Both the position numbers and the translations under genes were made by a program. Under the pieces are notes generated by a model. That model was not told where the DNA came from, made no database searches, and was given only the letters and a program-made list of their open reading frames with translations. A stretch of 63,929 bases of DNA, counting the filler, from Elsinoe ampelina (lineage: Eukaryota), in assembly GCA_010093995.1 (NCBI GenBank). It is 3 parts of 3 records of this genome, joined end to end, with 100 filler letters (N's around TTAATTAATTAA, not from the genome) between each part and the next. Parts side by side here need not be neighbours in the genome. Positions count along the whole stretch, not along the records: positions 1 to 31,288 come from ML992553.1; 2 more parts are not named here. One strand, given 5' to 3'. Shown here piece after piece: positions 10,925-24,630 of this stretch. Position 1 is the stretch's first letter; each line of letters starts with the position of its first letter.

Positions 10925-13902
10925 GTGACATCCCATCACGCCCCATGCAAGCCCCCACCATGACTCCACAATCACTATCACAAACAAAGACTGTACCGTA
11001 GGTAAATTACGATTAACCACCACTGATCCAGTAGCACCGTACTCAAAGACCATCGAGGATCAATCTTGTCCAACGCGGTCCTTCCCATGAAAAGGAAGGG
11101 ATACGCGTCCAGCTCGAAAACAACGCAACGAGGACGAATGCGATGTGAGCACGGCAATGGACATTCGATTGGAGAAGCTATGAAAGGCACGAGAAGGTTT
11201 GGAGACGTTAGGGGGGAGGATATACTTTCCGCTGAGCAGAGCTAGGGAACACGCTATTGTGTGCATGAGAGGAAGGGTATCGAGTAAACCGCCGTTTTGT
11301 CGTATTGGAGATGCTCAGGGGTGAGGGGCGTTGGGTCTGGACCTACCTGTTTGGGCAATGGAACGTGAATAGTGCTGCAGAAGTGCTTCTGCGCATCCTA
11401 GGTTGCTGGTAGTACAGCGCGTTTGTCCATCGCTTTTAGGAGTGTGTGTGAGACAATGGAGGAAAGGGCCTGGACACGCCACAGACGTCGTGGGAGGGGG
11501 TTTGAGGGCCGAAGATCCACGGGAGCTGTCAATTCGAAGGTGGCTTAGGCGAGCGAGGGTTTGGAGACCAGGGATAGGAGCTGCTTTGGTATTTCACGGA
11601 GAGCCCGTTCAGACGGTCATGGCTGATAGTGACCATAGGGTAGTAGACCATCGAAAGGGATTTTGGCCAGCAGGGCGGAAACGCTATCGAACAAACCCCA
11701 GATTGACGATCAGGTTGCCCAGTAATGTTTACCGCCTCGTGCAAAACGAGCAGGTTGCCAGAAGGTGTTCGAGCTTCTCCAATACGAGGTTGTGAGAAGA
11801 AAGCAAAAGCTCGGGCGCCTCGGATAAATCTAAAGTAGCACGCGTGCCCTAGGTCGCAACGAGAGGCTCGAAGTTTCCGTCACGTCGGGCGATTGGAGCT
11901 GCTGATGCAGCCATCCAGGTATCAGGTATTTCACATCTACCTCTCGAGAGTTTGTCCGAAAATGATGCAGAATCTTTGTGCAATGAGGTTCAGAAATTTG
12001 CGGGCAGACGGAAAGCATCGGTTGTTGCCGGGGAAAAACGTGACTTTCGCTTTTCGGGCAAAGTGCGACCGAGAAGCAGCGAGGCTCTCCGAATCTAGAT
12101 TTTGGGGACGTTTGTGGTAGCGATGATGTGAAGTAGCATTTTCATTGGTTGCGTTCAGGGGTGATCTCTCAGGGATGTGATCGTCCCGGTGGGGAAACAG
12201 AAGGGCAGTGTTTTGCTTCTACCGTCTGCGAACAATGTCCGAGGAGTGGGTGCGGCGTGGTTGATCATGAGCAGGGCGCAGACAAAGAGATCACCATGAT
12301 CTTCAACGTCTCCATTAATGTGGTACTGTAGATCATTCATCGGTGAAGCATTCGAAAGGGTTCGTGGCTGTTCCGATGTTGCAGCCCTATCTCCCAGAGA
12401 TTGGGGGTACGATACTTTCCTGGTATTATTGGCATTTTGTGCGAATCTGATAGGACGTTATACCATTGACTTCAATCCCCAAGACTGGTTCGAGACAACC
12501 GTGCCGACTTTCGTCTGATCGGCAATGAGGATCCGAGACCAATCAGACGAAAATCTAACAGGCGCTCTCGGCGACTTTGATCTATTCTGAGGGGCATTCG
12601 ATTTGACTTGAGCGGCTCGGCTACCGTTGGGTTTTATGCGGAGTCTGAAGAACCATGGCCGGGGGGGAGAGGATAGGGAAGGATGTGAATCATGCGGTGC
12701 CATTCCGCACGCAATTACCAGCGAATACGGAAAGCGCTTCTGTATGCCTTCTAGCTCAGGGTTGAGTCGCTATGCTGTACAGTACACCTCAGAGATCATC
12801 AAGGTGGATACCAAGTGCCGTTCTCGCTGGGCAATATGGACCGAGACTTGGCTTTGTGCTGGGTGAAGGACAGCTCAGCTCTTTGTCAGTGTCAGGAATG
12901 ATTCCTAGTAACAGAGACGAGATGAGGACCGTTCACCTCAATATCAACACGACTGTCTTAGGGTGCAAACTTTCCCTCGTCCAGAGAGACAAAATCATGA
13001 AGTGATTCAAGGAACTTACCGTGCCGGATGACAGAGAGCAGACACCGACGCGGACGCGGCAATAACCAGACGAGCTCATCTCTGGTTCCGTGGTATTGGA
13101 TAGTGCAAACGCTGAGCCGCTTCGGCCGGAAAGGTAATTGTGCATGTAAAATAACAAGGTTGGAGTGTGGTTTTGACAACAGGCGCGCCGAGTCGCGCGG
13201 CATTGTTCCTGGCCTGGCAACTTAGAACCTGGTCCAACACGGCAACGACACATCGCTTGACGTAGACCAAGATGACGATCAACAAAGTGGGTGGATGATA
13301 TCCTCAGATCTACAGTTTCAGATTCTCTGGATGCAGGATTAGACGGGAATTGTGGTATTGCAAAGTCTTGATTGGGTCCGACTGTGGTAGGAACAAAAGA
13401 TTATGCTACTCAACAGATGGCTGATCTTTTGCAAGTCCCCTTCTTCAAGGGTACATGTCGGACGTTGAACATTGTTTGTAACCTTCCTCCAAAACGGTCA
13501 TGCGCCTGTGCTATGCATGGTCGAACCTGGTTTCATCATGGTCGTTGCCGCGAAACGTGTGTAATTTACAGTGTCGGCGGTCATATATCGTAAAGGAGCG
13601 TGAGCTTTGGTTCGTCAAAGGAGTGTCTATCGGATTGGGCGTCCGTCATTAGGTCGTGATCATAGTGTGGCGGACCAGTCGCCATGTGGAGCCGGCTCGG
13701 ATCAATCGAGCGTCGGTATTATAAGGTGTAGTGTCAGGTATCGCAAGGTAATTATTGTTGAACAGAGTTGTAGTGCGCGCGCGGGCCCGCATTCGGAAGG
13801 AGGGACGTGAAGGGAGCGGTGAACGTGACGACCTTTGATGTGTCAACCCCGGCTGCTCCTGTAGCAAAGGAATAGTAAGTGAGGAGCCCTTACGTTTGAG
13901 GA

Positions 13903-15580
13903 TCAAGTCCAAATCTCACAAGGTTGAACGTAGCCTCCGAAAGGATCGGCCAGTGTTTTGATTTGCTCATCATCGGTGAAGAGAAGATCGTCGTCGCCAA
14001 AGAAGTCTTGGGTGGGGAAGCCCGGCGATGGGAATGTCCCCCATTGACTGATGTTTTGGCTGAAGCCTGTTTCACCAGTATATCCCATAGATACCGGGAC
14101 TGCAAGATAGGCAGAGGCAGTTGACGATGCTCGAGTGTGCATCGGTTCAAATGCGGCCGGAGTGAAGGCGGGGCTCAAATTGCCAGGAGCGTTGATCTCT
14201 TCGGAGAAATACATGGAGATGTCGGGAACCATCAGTGTGACCTGCTGTCGGGTCTGTGCCCATGGCGCTGAGTCGTTGTACTTGGCGAGCTCAGCTTGAG
14301 GGAATTGCATCATGGCAGTAGCATCGGCGAGATCGAAGAATCCCATCTGGCTCTTCATGGCTTCCATGCGGTTGAGCACGTTGGTAAGAGGCTCAAAAGA
14401 GGCGGTGCCGCAGAGATCGGCCAGAATATGTGGATAAGCCGGCTTGAGAGCGAGCACCATGGCGTACAAGTGAGCTACAACTGCCAGCTTGAGCATATCG
14501 ACTGGACCATCCTGGAAAAGGAGTACTGGAAGCCAGAAGGTCCATTTGCGAAGGACGTAGAGCTGGTTGAACTCGGCTTCGGCAGTGCGAGCAGGTTCCG
14601 AGCTTTGCAGGCGAGTAGTGAGGTCGAGGAACTGGTCGACCCAGTGAGCCTCGATAGGACGTCCGTTGAGTGAGCCGCGGAGCTGCTGGAGCGACATTGC
14701 AACCTTCCGGAAGAGCTCGATCCTTTCCATGTCGGGCAAATGGTTTGGCTCCTGTTGCATCTTCTTCATGGCAAAGCTAAAGTTGATAATCTTGACAATG
14801 TCGCTGTACCTAGATTCCTCGGCCCAGTTCTCGATGGATGCTGTGATGGAGGACAGACCACCAAGAAGGGAAGACCAGCTTAGCCAGTCTCTCGATTGAG
14901 AGATGAGGAGGACAGCAGTAGCGAGGACCGAGTCGGCATTGTCCTTGTTGAATTGGCCAACAGCTTGATGGAGGCCAGAGAGCGCGCTTGTGCTATATTG
15001 GAGAGACTGCTCGCGTGCCTGTGGGGATTGCGTGATCCAGGCGAGCTGACTGGCAGAGAAGCCCTTGAGAGCATCGAGCACGTACGGATAGCCAGGAGCC
15101 ACAGCAAGATGACGGCGGATGGTCGAAGCCCAGACAGTAAGGTCACTAGCACCCTTTGATTCGAGGTTGTCGGCAATTGCGTAGAGATTAGTGATCAGCT
15201 GAGGATCCGAGCCGAACTGAGCTTCGGGATCCATGGAAAAGCTCAAGCTCAGATCGCTGTATACAGAATCGGGTCTTCGAAGCTGGTGGGAAGCGACACT
15301 CTCGTCAGTGGGAGTCGGAGTGGGAGAGGCTTGTTCGGAGGAAGCGTTGGTGATGGAGTCGGTATCTGGGGTAGTTGCATCCATGTAGTCGCAGCGGACG
15401 TGATGTTTTGTACAGTTCCGGCTGATGGATGTCAGAATATTGATCAGTGACTTGTCTGTGGTAGACTGACCATTGAGGGAAGCTTTCATCGCAGCGAATG
15501 TGCCTGCGCTTGCATGTCTTGCAACCCTTGCGGCTCTTTGTGTGGGAGCGTCTGGAAGGACCTCCGCCACGGACTGCCAT
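13903..15580 (-). CDS. Zn(II)2Cys6 transcription factor, Upc2/Ecm22-like
   Basis: MAVRGGGPSRRSHTKSRKGCKTCKRRHIRCDESFPQC, then intron 15422-15470, then RNCTKHHVRC completes the six-Cys cluster. A fungal-specific TF domain follows. Confidence 0.88.
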
Positions 15581-17316
15581 TATTTATATTTCTTGTAGCG
15601 AATGTGTTGTCGTATCAACGATCGTGTTTGTTGTGAATGATGATGATGATGATGTACAGCTTGTGTCGATCGGGTTGTTGTCTGTCGAGGTATCCTTGGC
15701 TATTGTTTCGGTGACAAGACGGTGTGTATAGGTGGGGTGGTGGGTGAGGGTAGGAGGGGGAATGGAAAGCGATTACAAGCGAGTGTGCTAAGCGAGAGAC
15801 TAAGGTAGCGAACGTGGGTGGGAAAAGCGATTATATAAAATCTGGGATATCAGCGCATCCGTCAGATGTTTAGGTGAGAGGTGTAGGAGAGATGACTGAG
15901 GTAGCAGTGGTAGGTGATATATGCAGGCTCACGGCCGGCCGGTTCGCTGCGCATCTCACAGTCCAAGTCCACGGGCCTCGAGGTGCGGGCCCATTAGAGT
16001 TCGCGACTGTGTGGAAAAGGTCAAAGCTCACGGGTCCCGTTTTGCTCATCGCGCCAAAAATATCTCGAGTAGCACTGGAGAACTGGAAGGAACGCTCATG
16101 CCCGGCATGACGTCCCACACCTACTGCGGGCTGCACCTGTTCTCGTCAACAGATGCACCGTCTCGTCCTCGCCGCCGCCCACAACGCCTGAATGGAAGAA
16201 ACAACCCCCCGTCGGCGAGTCACTCCTCGACCAACTGCTACCGTTACCTTTTGTCGCTTGGTCCCTCGCGCAGAATGCCATCCGCCTTGTGACATGGATA
16301 GGCGTGGGACAGACCACCGCGATGAAACACACCCTCCGGGGCAAGTTTTCTCGAGGTCACGCTGGTCACCTGTGCCCGGCCCAGGATGACTGAATCATGA
16401 TGCGCAGCAGTCTGTCCATCACGTCCTATCATCCCCTGTGGTGGCAGTATCTGTAGCAGGATGGCATTCCAGCCAATAGCTATTTGTATCAGAAAGACGT
16501 CTCGAGAGTGAAACAGTATTGACAGCATCCTGTACTTTCGCATGGATTATTATTCTACAGCGTGTCGAGCGAACCTTTTGATCAAAACCCGCGGGACAAC
16601 GCCGCGGACAAAAGCTTTTTAGCGCGATCAATACGGCCTAGCGCTGGATCTCAAGCGAAGAGCTTGCGCCAAACGAAGCCTAGCGTCTGGAGGCGCAGCT
16701 CTCTCGATTGACAAGCGTGCAAACGGAATATCGATCAAAACACTCGTCGGCGCCGCATACAAGGTTTCTGCGTTTCGAAGGTTTCGGTCCGCCGACCACA
16801 CGTCCAGGGGTGGTTCCCTCGAGGTCATTGAAAACCAGAATTACATGCAGAGCCACAGTAGGAGATCTTGTAAAATTCCACGCGCGACTTTGCTATGGTC
16901 ATGGCCGAACACGTCCCACAGCCAGAGAGCAATACCTCGCACTGGAGCTCATTCTTTCTATTCTTCGATCGATAGCCCCTTTGTATTCTGGTAAGTAACG
17001 TTCTCAATCATCTTGCAGAAACCTCGCTCGGTCCGAAGTTCAATAGTCTACACAAGTATTCACTTATCCACTTCATCTGAGAACAAAACGTCCACTACAG
17101 GACGACCAGGGAATAAAAATAACCACATCATTCAAAACATATCGAACGACTTACCGTCCACCGGTCTGGAGAAGTTGCGGGCATAGCCTGGCTGGTCGCG
17201 CCGTTTGCTCGCTACTTCCGGTTCCCGGCCGCTGCCTCGGAATCGCAGACAGCAATCAACGACCACTGTAAACACCTTTGATATCCATTACAGGCACTAC
17301 CATGCGACGAGGATTA

Positions 17317-17800
17317 TGTCCAGCTATGAAGACGACAAATGTCGCCAGATACCGTGTCATCCAAGTAATCTCGTGCTTATCGGACCCGATGGAAATGCTT
17401 ACAAGGTTCATCAGCGCAGGATGGGTCTCCCGAAACTGTGTAATTATGAGCCCCAAATGGAGTCGATGAGTAGGGGAGACAGTCTCCGAGCTTGAAGTGA
17501 ATGTTGCCCTTGTATGATGGTTATGCTCGAACTCTACTCCCTGTTGTGGCAATTGATTGTCTTTCCAGAAGCCCACCGGTCGATCCGTCATTCAAAAATA
17601 GAATGCCGTTTGCAAATGGTAGCTTGATTCCCAGCGGTTTGGCGAATATGTTCGGGCGGGAAATATCCATCGTCGTTGCGGTAGATTGTTGAAGCCGACT
17701 CACATTTATCGACATGAAGTTGAACATGTCATACCCGAGACTACTGAGATGTGATAGGGGCACCTGCACCTTGGCTCGAGCTGCAGGTCAAACAGTCACA
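17317..17800 (+). pseudogene. Possible degenerate BTB/POZ-domain gene remnant
   Basis: Fragments in shifting frames resemble fungal BTB proteins (LVLIGPDGNAYKVHQ; MSPKWS; V*WL; FGEYV) with many stops. Weak pattern recognition only. Confidence 0.2.
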
Positions 17801-20078
17801 TCTGCAGGTGCGTCTAGACTTGCCCCCTCGAGCGACGCTGTCACCAACGGAGTGAGCTCGTACGGCGATCCCGTGACCTTTGCCGACTCGTGGGCACTCA
17901 ATCTATTGCCAGCCTGCATTGCTGAACAGCATCATCGGCATCAGCAGACATTGCAGATTTCGTAGACTAGTGTATTAATGAATGGTGCCGGAACTACTAG
18001 GCTGTAACAATGATCAACAGCTCTCCTCAGCAATTCTGGGCGATGGAAAGGAAAGGTCCCCGCATCCAGCGTGCATAAACGCACACAGAAAATGCGGAAT
18101 TTTGTCCATCCCGAGAAAGCAAGAGTGACCGACCTTGATCCCGAAGCGGCACACCGCCAGCTGGCCTTGCATCAAGCATCCAATAAAATTGTCCATCAGC
18201 AGACCCGTTCCATCAGCCAGCCTGGAGAGAGGCCTCGTCCAAACGAGCAGATTTTCACAGGCTGGTTGTCTCGTGGAACGCTGGCCTGCATCTGCAGCGA
18301 AGTGGTGTAACTTTGGCAGCTCGCAGATCATTGCCAGAAATGTCACCGTAGCTTTGCATCTTCAGCCACAATAAAAATTGTGCTTGTTCACCATTCACTT
18401 CTGGCTTTATGAAAAGCACATGGCTTGAACACCACCACAACCATCTTTGACATGAGCGTCGCTTCTACTGGTGCAGCCACAATACGCCCTCGCCTACGTG
18501 CAGCAGCATCAGCCCCGATCAGTCAGTCTTTGCTGTATCGCCGACCCGAATTGGTGTTTGTCAGCTTGCTTCTTTCGCAACTGCCACATGGCGATTGTGT
18601 CATCACCACGATCACACCTCATACAGGGCAAGGCTCTGTGACGCTATCTGTATATTCCATCGCACCGTGTCAGGGGCACGTCGTATCGCACTATATCCAC
18701 AGCGTCGCCGTAGGGCTGTTTACATAAATTGTTCTGTACTTCGCCCTGTCGTAGGGCTGCATCGAAGGTACTGTGGAAGATCTCTCTCACTACAGAAACA
18801 CGCTAGAATCGATGAGTCGATCCCACCACTGCGAGGTTGCACATCACACCATCTGTCACGCTATTGTAAGTCACGCTATACTGGTGTACCGAGTATTGCC
18901 TCGTCCACATCTTCACTGCCTAGAAACACCCTCGTTTACAATGCCATGCGGATATGTCTACATCCCGAAGCTGAGTGACATGGACCTGCATCACCACGCC
19001 ACTGAGCATGCAGTCAGCTGCACGACCACTCTCGTCCCTTCGGTTCTCTTGTGAAAAGATACAACTTCGAACAAAACACTGTATCCAGGTAACACTGCCA
19101 CCATCCGGCGACTACGAACAGCAATAGCCAACCATGCGCTGGATTGCGTGACTCCCCAACACCAACAGGCTAGCTGGTTCTCACATCACTCAGTCTTGAC
19201 ATGCACCACAATGAGTCTCGTCCATCATTGACAAACCGGTCGCGCTCCATGCTCATGCCCCCAGCAGCCACTTCGCAAAGCAGCAGAGACAAGATGCCCA
19301 CACCACCACAGACACTTTGTTCCGCGCAGCCCACGATCTCCCAAAATCGTACAAACAAGCCATAGCACACGCTCGCGAGGACCAAAATCGTACACTCAAC
19401 CAACTCTCAACCACGTCTCCCCGTCACCCGATCTCCTCAAGTCGAACCATATCATACAATATGTTCAGGGCACAACGCATCCACATGCCGCACCTTTATT
19501 GACTTGCTGATCATCACAGCCATCCCAAGAGCCTAGAAACCATATCACACTACATCGGATACCGCACAGTACTCATTCACCCCTGCCATCTCTCCCGCCG
19601 CGAGACACGCCACGGCCCTCCGCCGTACCAGGGCTTTCTGTCCGGAGTAAAGTTCCCATCTAATTCGAGGGACGCTGGCAGTATCTCTGTCCAGTTTGGA
19701 TCGGGCAGCAAGAGGTGGTAACGTGGGCCCCTCATCTGCGGAGAGAGAGCACCGGGCCCACAACAGAGGCTTACCTCGCACTTCTCCGGTAGGATCTAGG
19801 TCGCGGGAACGTCCTCGTACAGCCGGGATCAGGAAGGTCAGACAGTGTGGAAACAGTTCATGGAGCACACGTGACATGCGCGAAAACCCAAGTGTGAGAT
19901 GGAGACAAGATCGCAGGCTGCAGATGTATCATGGAGAGAATGTGTTCCATGACAGGCACTCTACCATCGCCCGTGCCGTGAGTGAACGCTATGCTACAAG
20001 TGCCCGGAAAGCAGAAGCCCCCTCAAACACAATCCCCATCCCATCGTCCACCATCGCCAGATCCCATCTTCATGCGCA

Positions 20079-22445
20079 TCATTGCCCCCCGCCCCCTTGC
20101 TCCCCTTCCTCCTCCCTCCGTCTCCTCCTCTCCAGTTCAGCAATACTATCCACCGCCTCCACCCCCGTCGCTCCCTCCTGCCCCTCGACCGAAATCGGCA
20201 CACTCCTCGGGTACCCCTCCGCATTGCCCTCTCCATCCCTTCCCTCCCCCGCCTGTCCCTCTGCCGGACCCGCGGCCAAACGAGCTTGCTCCTCCCTCTC
20301 CCTCTCCTCTCTCGCACGCCGCTCATCCGCTTCCCGTTCGCGTCTGGCGCGGATCGTGTTCTCACCTACGCCGGGCCAGAGACTTGCTACGAAGAGAGCA
20401 GCGGCTCGTTCGAGGGGACGGATGCGTCGACGGAGGGGGCCGAGGTGGGCGTCTTCTGCTTGGCCCTGGGCGGGTGCAGCAGCGACCTGTGCAGCGCCTG
20501 GTTGGGCCGCGCGATCTTGAGCTGGAGGAACGGCACCTGCGGCTGGTTGGCCTGGAGCTGGAGGTGCCTGACCGTCTCGTGGCCGAGGTCGGATGCCTAC
20601 GACGCCTTCCCACCATGATTGTACGCGACGTCGGAAGTCACCGCCGCCGTCAACGGCTCTGAAGGCGATGAAGGCCACTGCGATACCTAGCAGGATGAGT
20701 GGTCGTCTGTAGCCGTCGTCGGTGCCGATGAAGAAGTAGGCGAAGAGTAGGACGCGGAAGAGGAGCCAGAAGTGCTGTAGGAGTGGTTGGATGGGGGCGA
20801 GGACGTCTTGTTCTCCTGCCTGGACGCCCGCGGCTGGTTGAGCCTGTGCGTTTGCCGGGGCGACGGCGTTGTTGGCGCCAGCTGCGGGTTGGGGTACCAG
20901 TGGGAAGGGAAGATCCATAGCTGCTCCATTCTGTGCAGGCTGTGCTTGTTGAGGAGCTCGTGGTGCTGCATTGCCGCCCACATTGCCATTAGCCTGATTC
21001 GCTAGCGGCGCGGATGACGCTGGCACGGGACGAGGAAGTTGAGCGGAGTATTGTTGACCGTTCTGGTAAAGGAGAGCTTGCGGACCGCTAGGCGAAGATA
21101 GGAGGAACATCGTCTGTGGAGCAGCCATCAGTTGTGCTTGCGCTTGGATATTCGCGAAGCTCATGGCGAGCTGCTGTGATGCGGAGATCGGGTTTATTAT
21201 AGGAATACCAGCACCATTCAATTGAGCTCGGGGTATCTGCGGCGGGCGTGCCTGGATGGTTGGGACCCGAAAGTGGGCATGAAATTGTTGGATACCATGG
21301 TTCTGCGCCAGTTGTGGACCTCTCTGCCCAGGTCCACCAGCTTGTGGATTTGGTAAGGGTTGATTTTGCGTTTGGGTGTTTGCACCTTGCTGCTGCTGGC
21401 GTTCATTTGGCATGTTCTGTGGGGCTTGGACTGGAGTCGATGTTGTCGGACCCTCCGTTGTCGCGGTCTGATTAGTAGGCGGCTGTCTATCTTGTCGCCC
21501 GGGTGTTGCTTCATTGGCATCGTGGGCTGAAGTCATTGCAACATCATGTGTTGCAGGAGTCTGCCTTGTCGGCTGCTGCCCTGTCTGTCCGTTGTCGCCC
21601 TGTGCATGTTGTTGCTGTGCTGCCTCATGAGCGGCACGATGGAAAGCTCCATGCTGTTGTCGAACCATGTCTTGCATTGCTGCCATCATCTGCTGGTGTT
21701 GGTCTTGAAGCTGTCCTAGCTGCGGTTGATGCGGTCCTTGGCCAGGAGCTCCCATTTGAGGCTGTGCCGCTTGAGATCCCTGTGGTTGGTGGATACCTTG
21801 CTGAACATGGATTTGAGCTCCGGGTGGCACGCCGAAGGGGAATGGATTTCCTGGCAAGCCCGGGAAGCCCGTGAAGCCTGGGAACTGTGGTATACCCGGT
21901 ACTTGCTGAGGCGCTTGAGGGGGTTGTGGTCCAAACGGAACTTGTTGAGCCGGAACAGGAGCCCTTGTCTGCGGTATCTGCTGCTCTTGCCCGCCTGGTG
22001 TGCTACCAGTCTGTGAAACGCCCTGTCCGGCCTGTCCGGGAGTCGCAGTCCGAGTAATTGGCTGTGAGCGGGTCCCGCCTGATCCATCACGCGCTATCAT
22101 ATGTATCGTGAGACTCTCGCTATTCCGGCACTGCGCACCTTAGTTCAACTGCAGAGACAAGGTGCCGTATGGACTTACTGCAGGATCTAGCGCTTCAGAC
22201 AGCTTCGCATTATCATTAGATAGCAAGCGTCCAGCGAATATGAGCCGTTGGTGGGTTGCAGAGGGATGTGAAGGCGATACAAGGACAATGCGCTCCTTCA
22301 ATTGGCCAACAGAGATCTCAAGGGGAACATCTCTGATGTCGATTGTTTCTGCAACACCTTGGCCAGGCGAGAGGATCCTAAGATGGATGCGCCCGCTTTG
22401 TGGCGACGGGAAAGGTACGACAGTGTTTGCGGGCGGTGTAGCCAT
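20079..22445 (-). CDS. Ubiquitin-like-domain membrane protein, Usa1/HERP-like (ERAD)
   Basis: N-terminal Ubl (VGQLKERI...HQRLIFAGRLL...LTIHMI) across one GTAAGT..CTAAG..CAG intron near 22130-22178. Long Q/P-rich linker, two TM segments (FWLLFRVLLFAYFF; LILLGIAVAFIAF) and ALFVASLWPGVGE motif. Confidence 0.75.
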
Positions 22446-22893
22446 GTTTTCGATTGTTCTCAGTCTCCTTCGCGCATGACTGGCCTTGTCTTGAATCCGA
22501 GCAATCCAGTCCTTAGGTTGTCCTGTCTTTTCCTCAAGTTGTGGCACTTCTCAGTCGGATTGCTCGCGCTCACTAACGCCACAGCGACGTCGTGCCAGAT
22601 CTTGTGGAGCTTCTCGGCGGTCAGGTTGGCCGTGCGTAACAATGATGCGCAATATTGTTTATGCGATTGATGACTTGACAGATGTCACATTTAAAGAAGC
22701 TCGGGGTTTAGGTGGAGCTAACGCAGGGATCTACGCGGAGCCGCGGCGGCGGGGAAAGTCCAGCCGATGTGGGTCGACGTCACAGTCCGGACATGTCGAG
22801 TGTTTCTTTTCTCGCGCTTGAATGCAAGCTCGGAGTTGCTCAGACTTGTAATAACAGCATGCGGTGAGGTCTACATATAGGACGTTCGTAAGT

Positions 22894-24630
22894 ATGGCGT
22901 CAACAGCAGCACTCCGGTCCGCCTTCCAGGAAGCTCGACTACCACGACACTTGCCATCCCATCGATCAGGTCCGAGAAGCCTGAAGTACCGGTCACCGCT
23001 CAGCAAATCGCGCCGTCCCTTCTCCTCTTCTCATAATTCCAGAGAGCAGCATAAATCGTCATTCGGATCGCGACTGCGCCATGCGCTGAGCGGCACCAAG
23101 ATAGAATGGAAGCCAATACCCATCGGTCTCGGTATCGCATTTCTGGGAGGCTTACAATTCTACCGGATTCAAGCACGGGAAACAGAAAGGTTAGCACGAG
23201 AAGAAGAGCAAGATGCACTTGAGAACGGACAAAGACCTGAGAGACGGCCGCGAATACGGCCAAGCGGGCCATGGCAGGTGCAAATAATGTCAACTTTGCC
23301 CCTCAAAGCTCTTTCGCGATTATGGGGCAAGTTCAACGAGCTGACAATACCCTACCATCTTCGAATACCTGGTTTCAAGCTATATGGTTGGATATTTGGA
23401 GTCAACTTTGAAGAAATTGAGGAACCTGATATCCGTGTATTTCCCAACCTGGCATCTTTCTTCTACCGCACGTTGAAACCAGGCGTGCGACCTTTGGATC
23501 CCAACACCAATGCTGTTCTCAGTCCAGCTGATGGAAAGGTCATCCAATACGGTACTATTGAGCACGGCGAAGTGGAACAGGTCAAGGGAGTGACATATTC
23601 GCTTTCTGCCCTCCTTGGGTCCAGCTCGCCTGACCCGCACGCCAAAGCAGCTCAAGCTGAATCTAACATTGCCTCATCCCCCGACTCGCCACAACCATCC
23701 GCAGATCGACATACTTCTGGCACCTCAGAGGTCATCCGAGCCGATGAAGAATTCGCCCGCGTCAACGGCATCTCCTACACTCTCCCAAATCTATTCTCCG
23801 GCACAACCAAGGGCAACAAGTCCTCCACCGTCTCCAGCTCCCAAGACCAATCTATCCCCTCTCGACCCTCCTCAGAAGCCGAAGTCCGTGCCGATCTCGC
23901 CCTCCAAGACAGCCGACCATGGTGGTCCCCCTCTGACTCCCCCAAAGTCCCCACCGCCCTGTACTACATCGTCGTCTACCTCGCGCCGGGCGACTACCAC
24001 CGCTTCCACTCACCCGTATCCTGGGTCGTTTCCTCCCGCCGCCACTTCGCCGGCGAACTCTACTCCGTTGCGCCGTACCTCCAACGCACCCTACCTGGCC
24101 TCTTCACGCTCAACGAACGCGTGGTCCTCCTCGGCAAATGGAAATGGGGCTTCTTCTCCTTCACCCCCGTCGGCGCCACAAACGTCGGCTCCATCAAAAT
24201 CAACTTCGATCGCGAGCTGCGCACAAACTCCCTCACGACGGACACCGAAGCGGACAGAGCCGCTGCCCAAGCCAAGGAGAAGGGTGAACCCTACAGCGGC
24301 TTCGCAGAAGCCACGTACCAGAACGCCAGCTCAGTGCTAGGCGGGCACGCGCTCAAGCGCGGCGAAGAAATGGGCGGATTCCAGCTCGGCAGCACGGTGG
24401 TGCTAGTCTTCGAGGCGCCAAAGGGACGCAGACCGAGTTTCGACGAAGGGTTCACGGGGGATCTTGACGCACGTAAAGGCGGGTTGCGGTGGAAGGTGAA
24501 GGCCGGGCAGCATGTGAGGGTCGGCGAGGCGTTGGGGGTGATTGAGGAGGAGGAAGGCGAGGTATATACTGTGCAGGATGGGAAGAGTCAGACGCGGACG
24601 CAGCGGTGGTTGAGTAGGGTTTGGGGGTAG
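22894..24630 (+). CDS. PSD1: Mitochondrial phosphatidylserine decarboxylase proenzyme
   Basis: Arg/Ser-rich presequence, TM segment, FFYRTLKPG.RP, SPADG, YLAPGDYHRFHSP, NERV, VGATNVGSI and the autocleavage motif FQLGSTVV. Confidence 0.95.
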   Translation: MASTAALRSAFQEARLPRHLPSHRSGPRSLKYRSPLSKSRRPFSSSHNSREQHKSSFGSRLRHALSGTKIEWKPIPIGLGIAFLGGLQFYRIQARETERLAREEEQDALENGQRPERRPRIRPSGPWQVQIMSTLPLKALSRLWGKFNELTIPYHLRIPGFKLYGWIFGVNFEEIEEPDIRVFPNLASFFYRTLKPGVRPLDPNTNAVLSPADGKVIQYGTIEHGEVEQVKGVTYSLSALLGSSSPDPHAKAAQAESNIASSPDSPQPSADRHTSGTSEVIRADEEFARVNGISYTLPNLFSGTTKGNKSSTVSSSQDQSIPSRPSSEAEVRADLALQDSRPWWSPSDSPKVPTALYYIVVYLAPGDYHRFHSPVSWVVSSRRHFAGELYSVAPYLQRTLPGLFTLNERVVLLGKWKWGFFSFTPVGATNVGSIKINFDRELRTNSLTTDTEADRAAAQAKEKGEPYSGFAEATYQNASSVLGGHALKRGEEMGGFQLGSTVVLVFEAPKGRRPSFDEGFTGDLDARKGGLRWKVKAGQHVRVGEALGVIEEEEGEVYTVQDGKSQTRTQRWLSRVWG

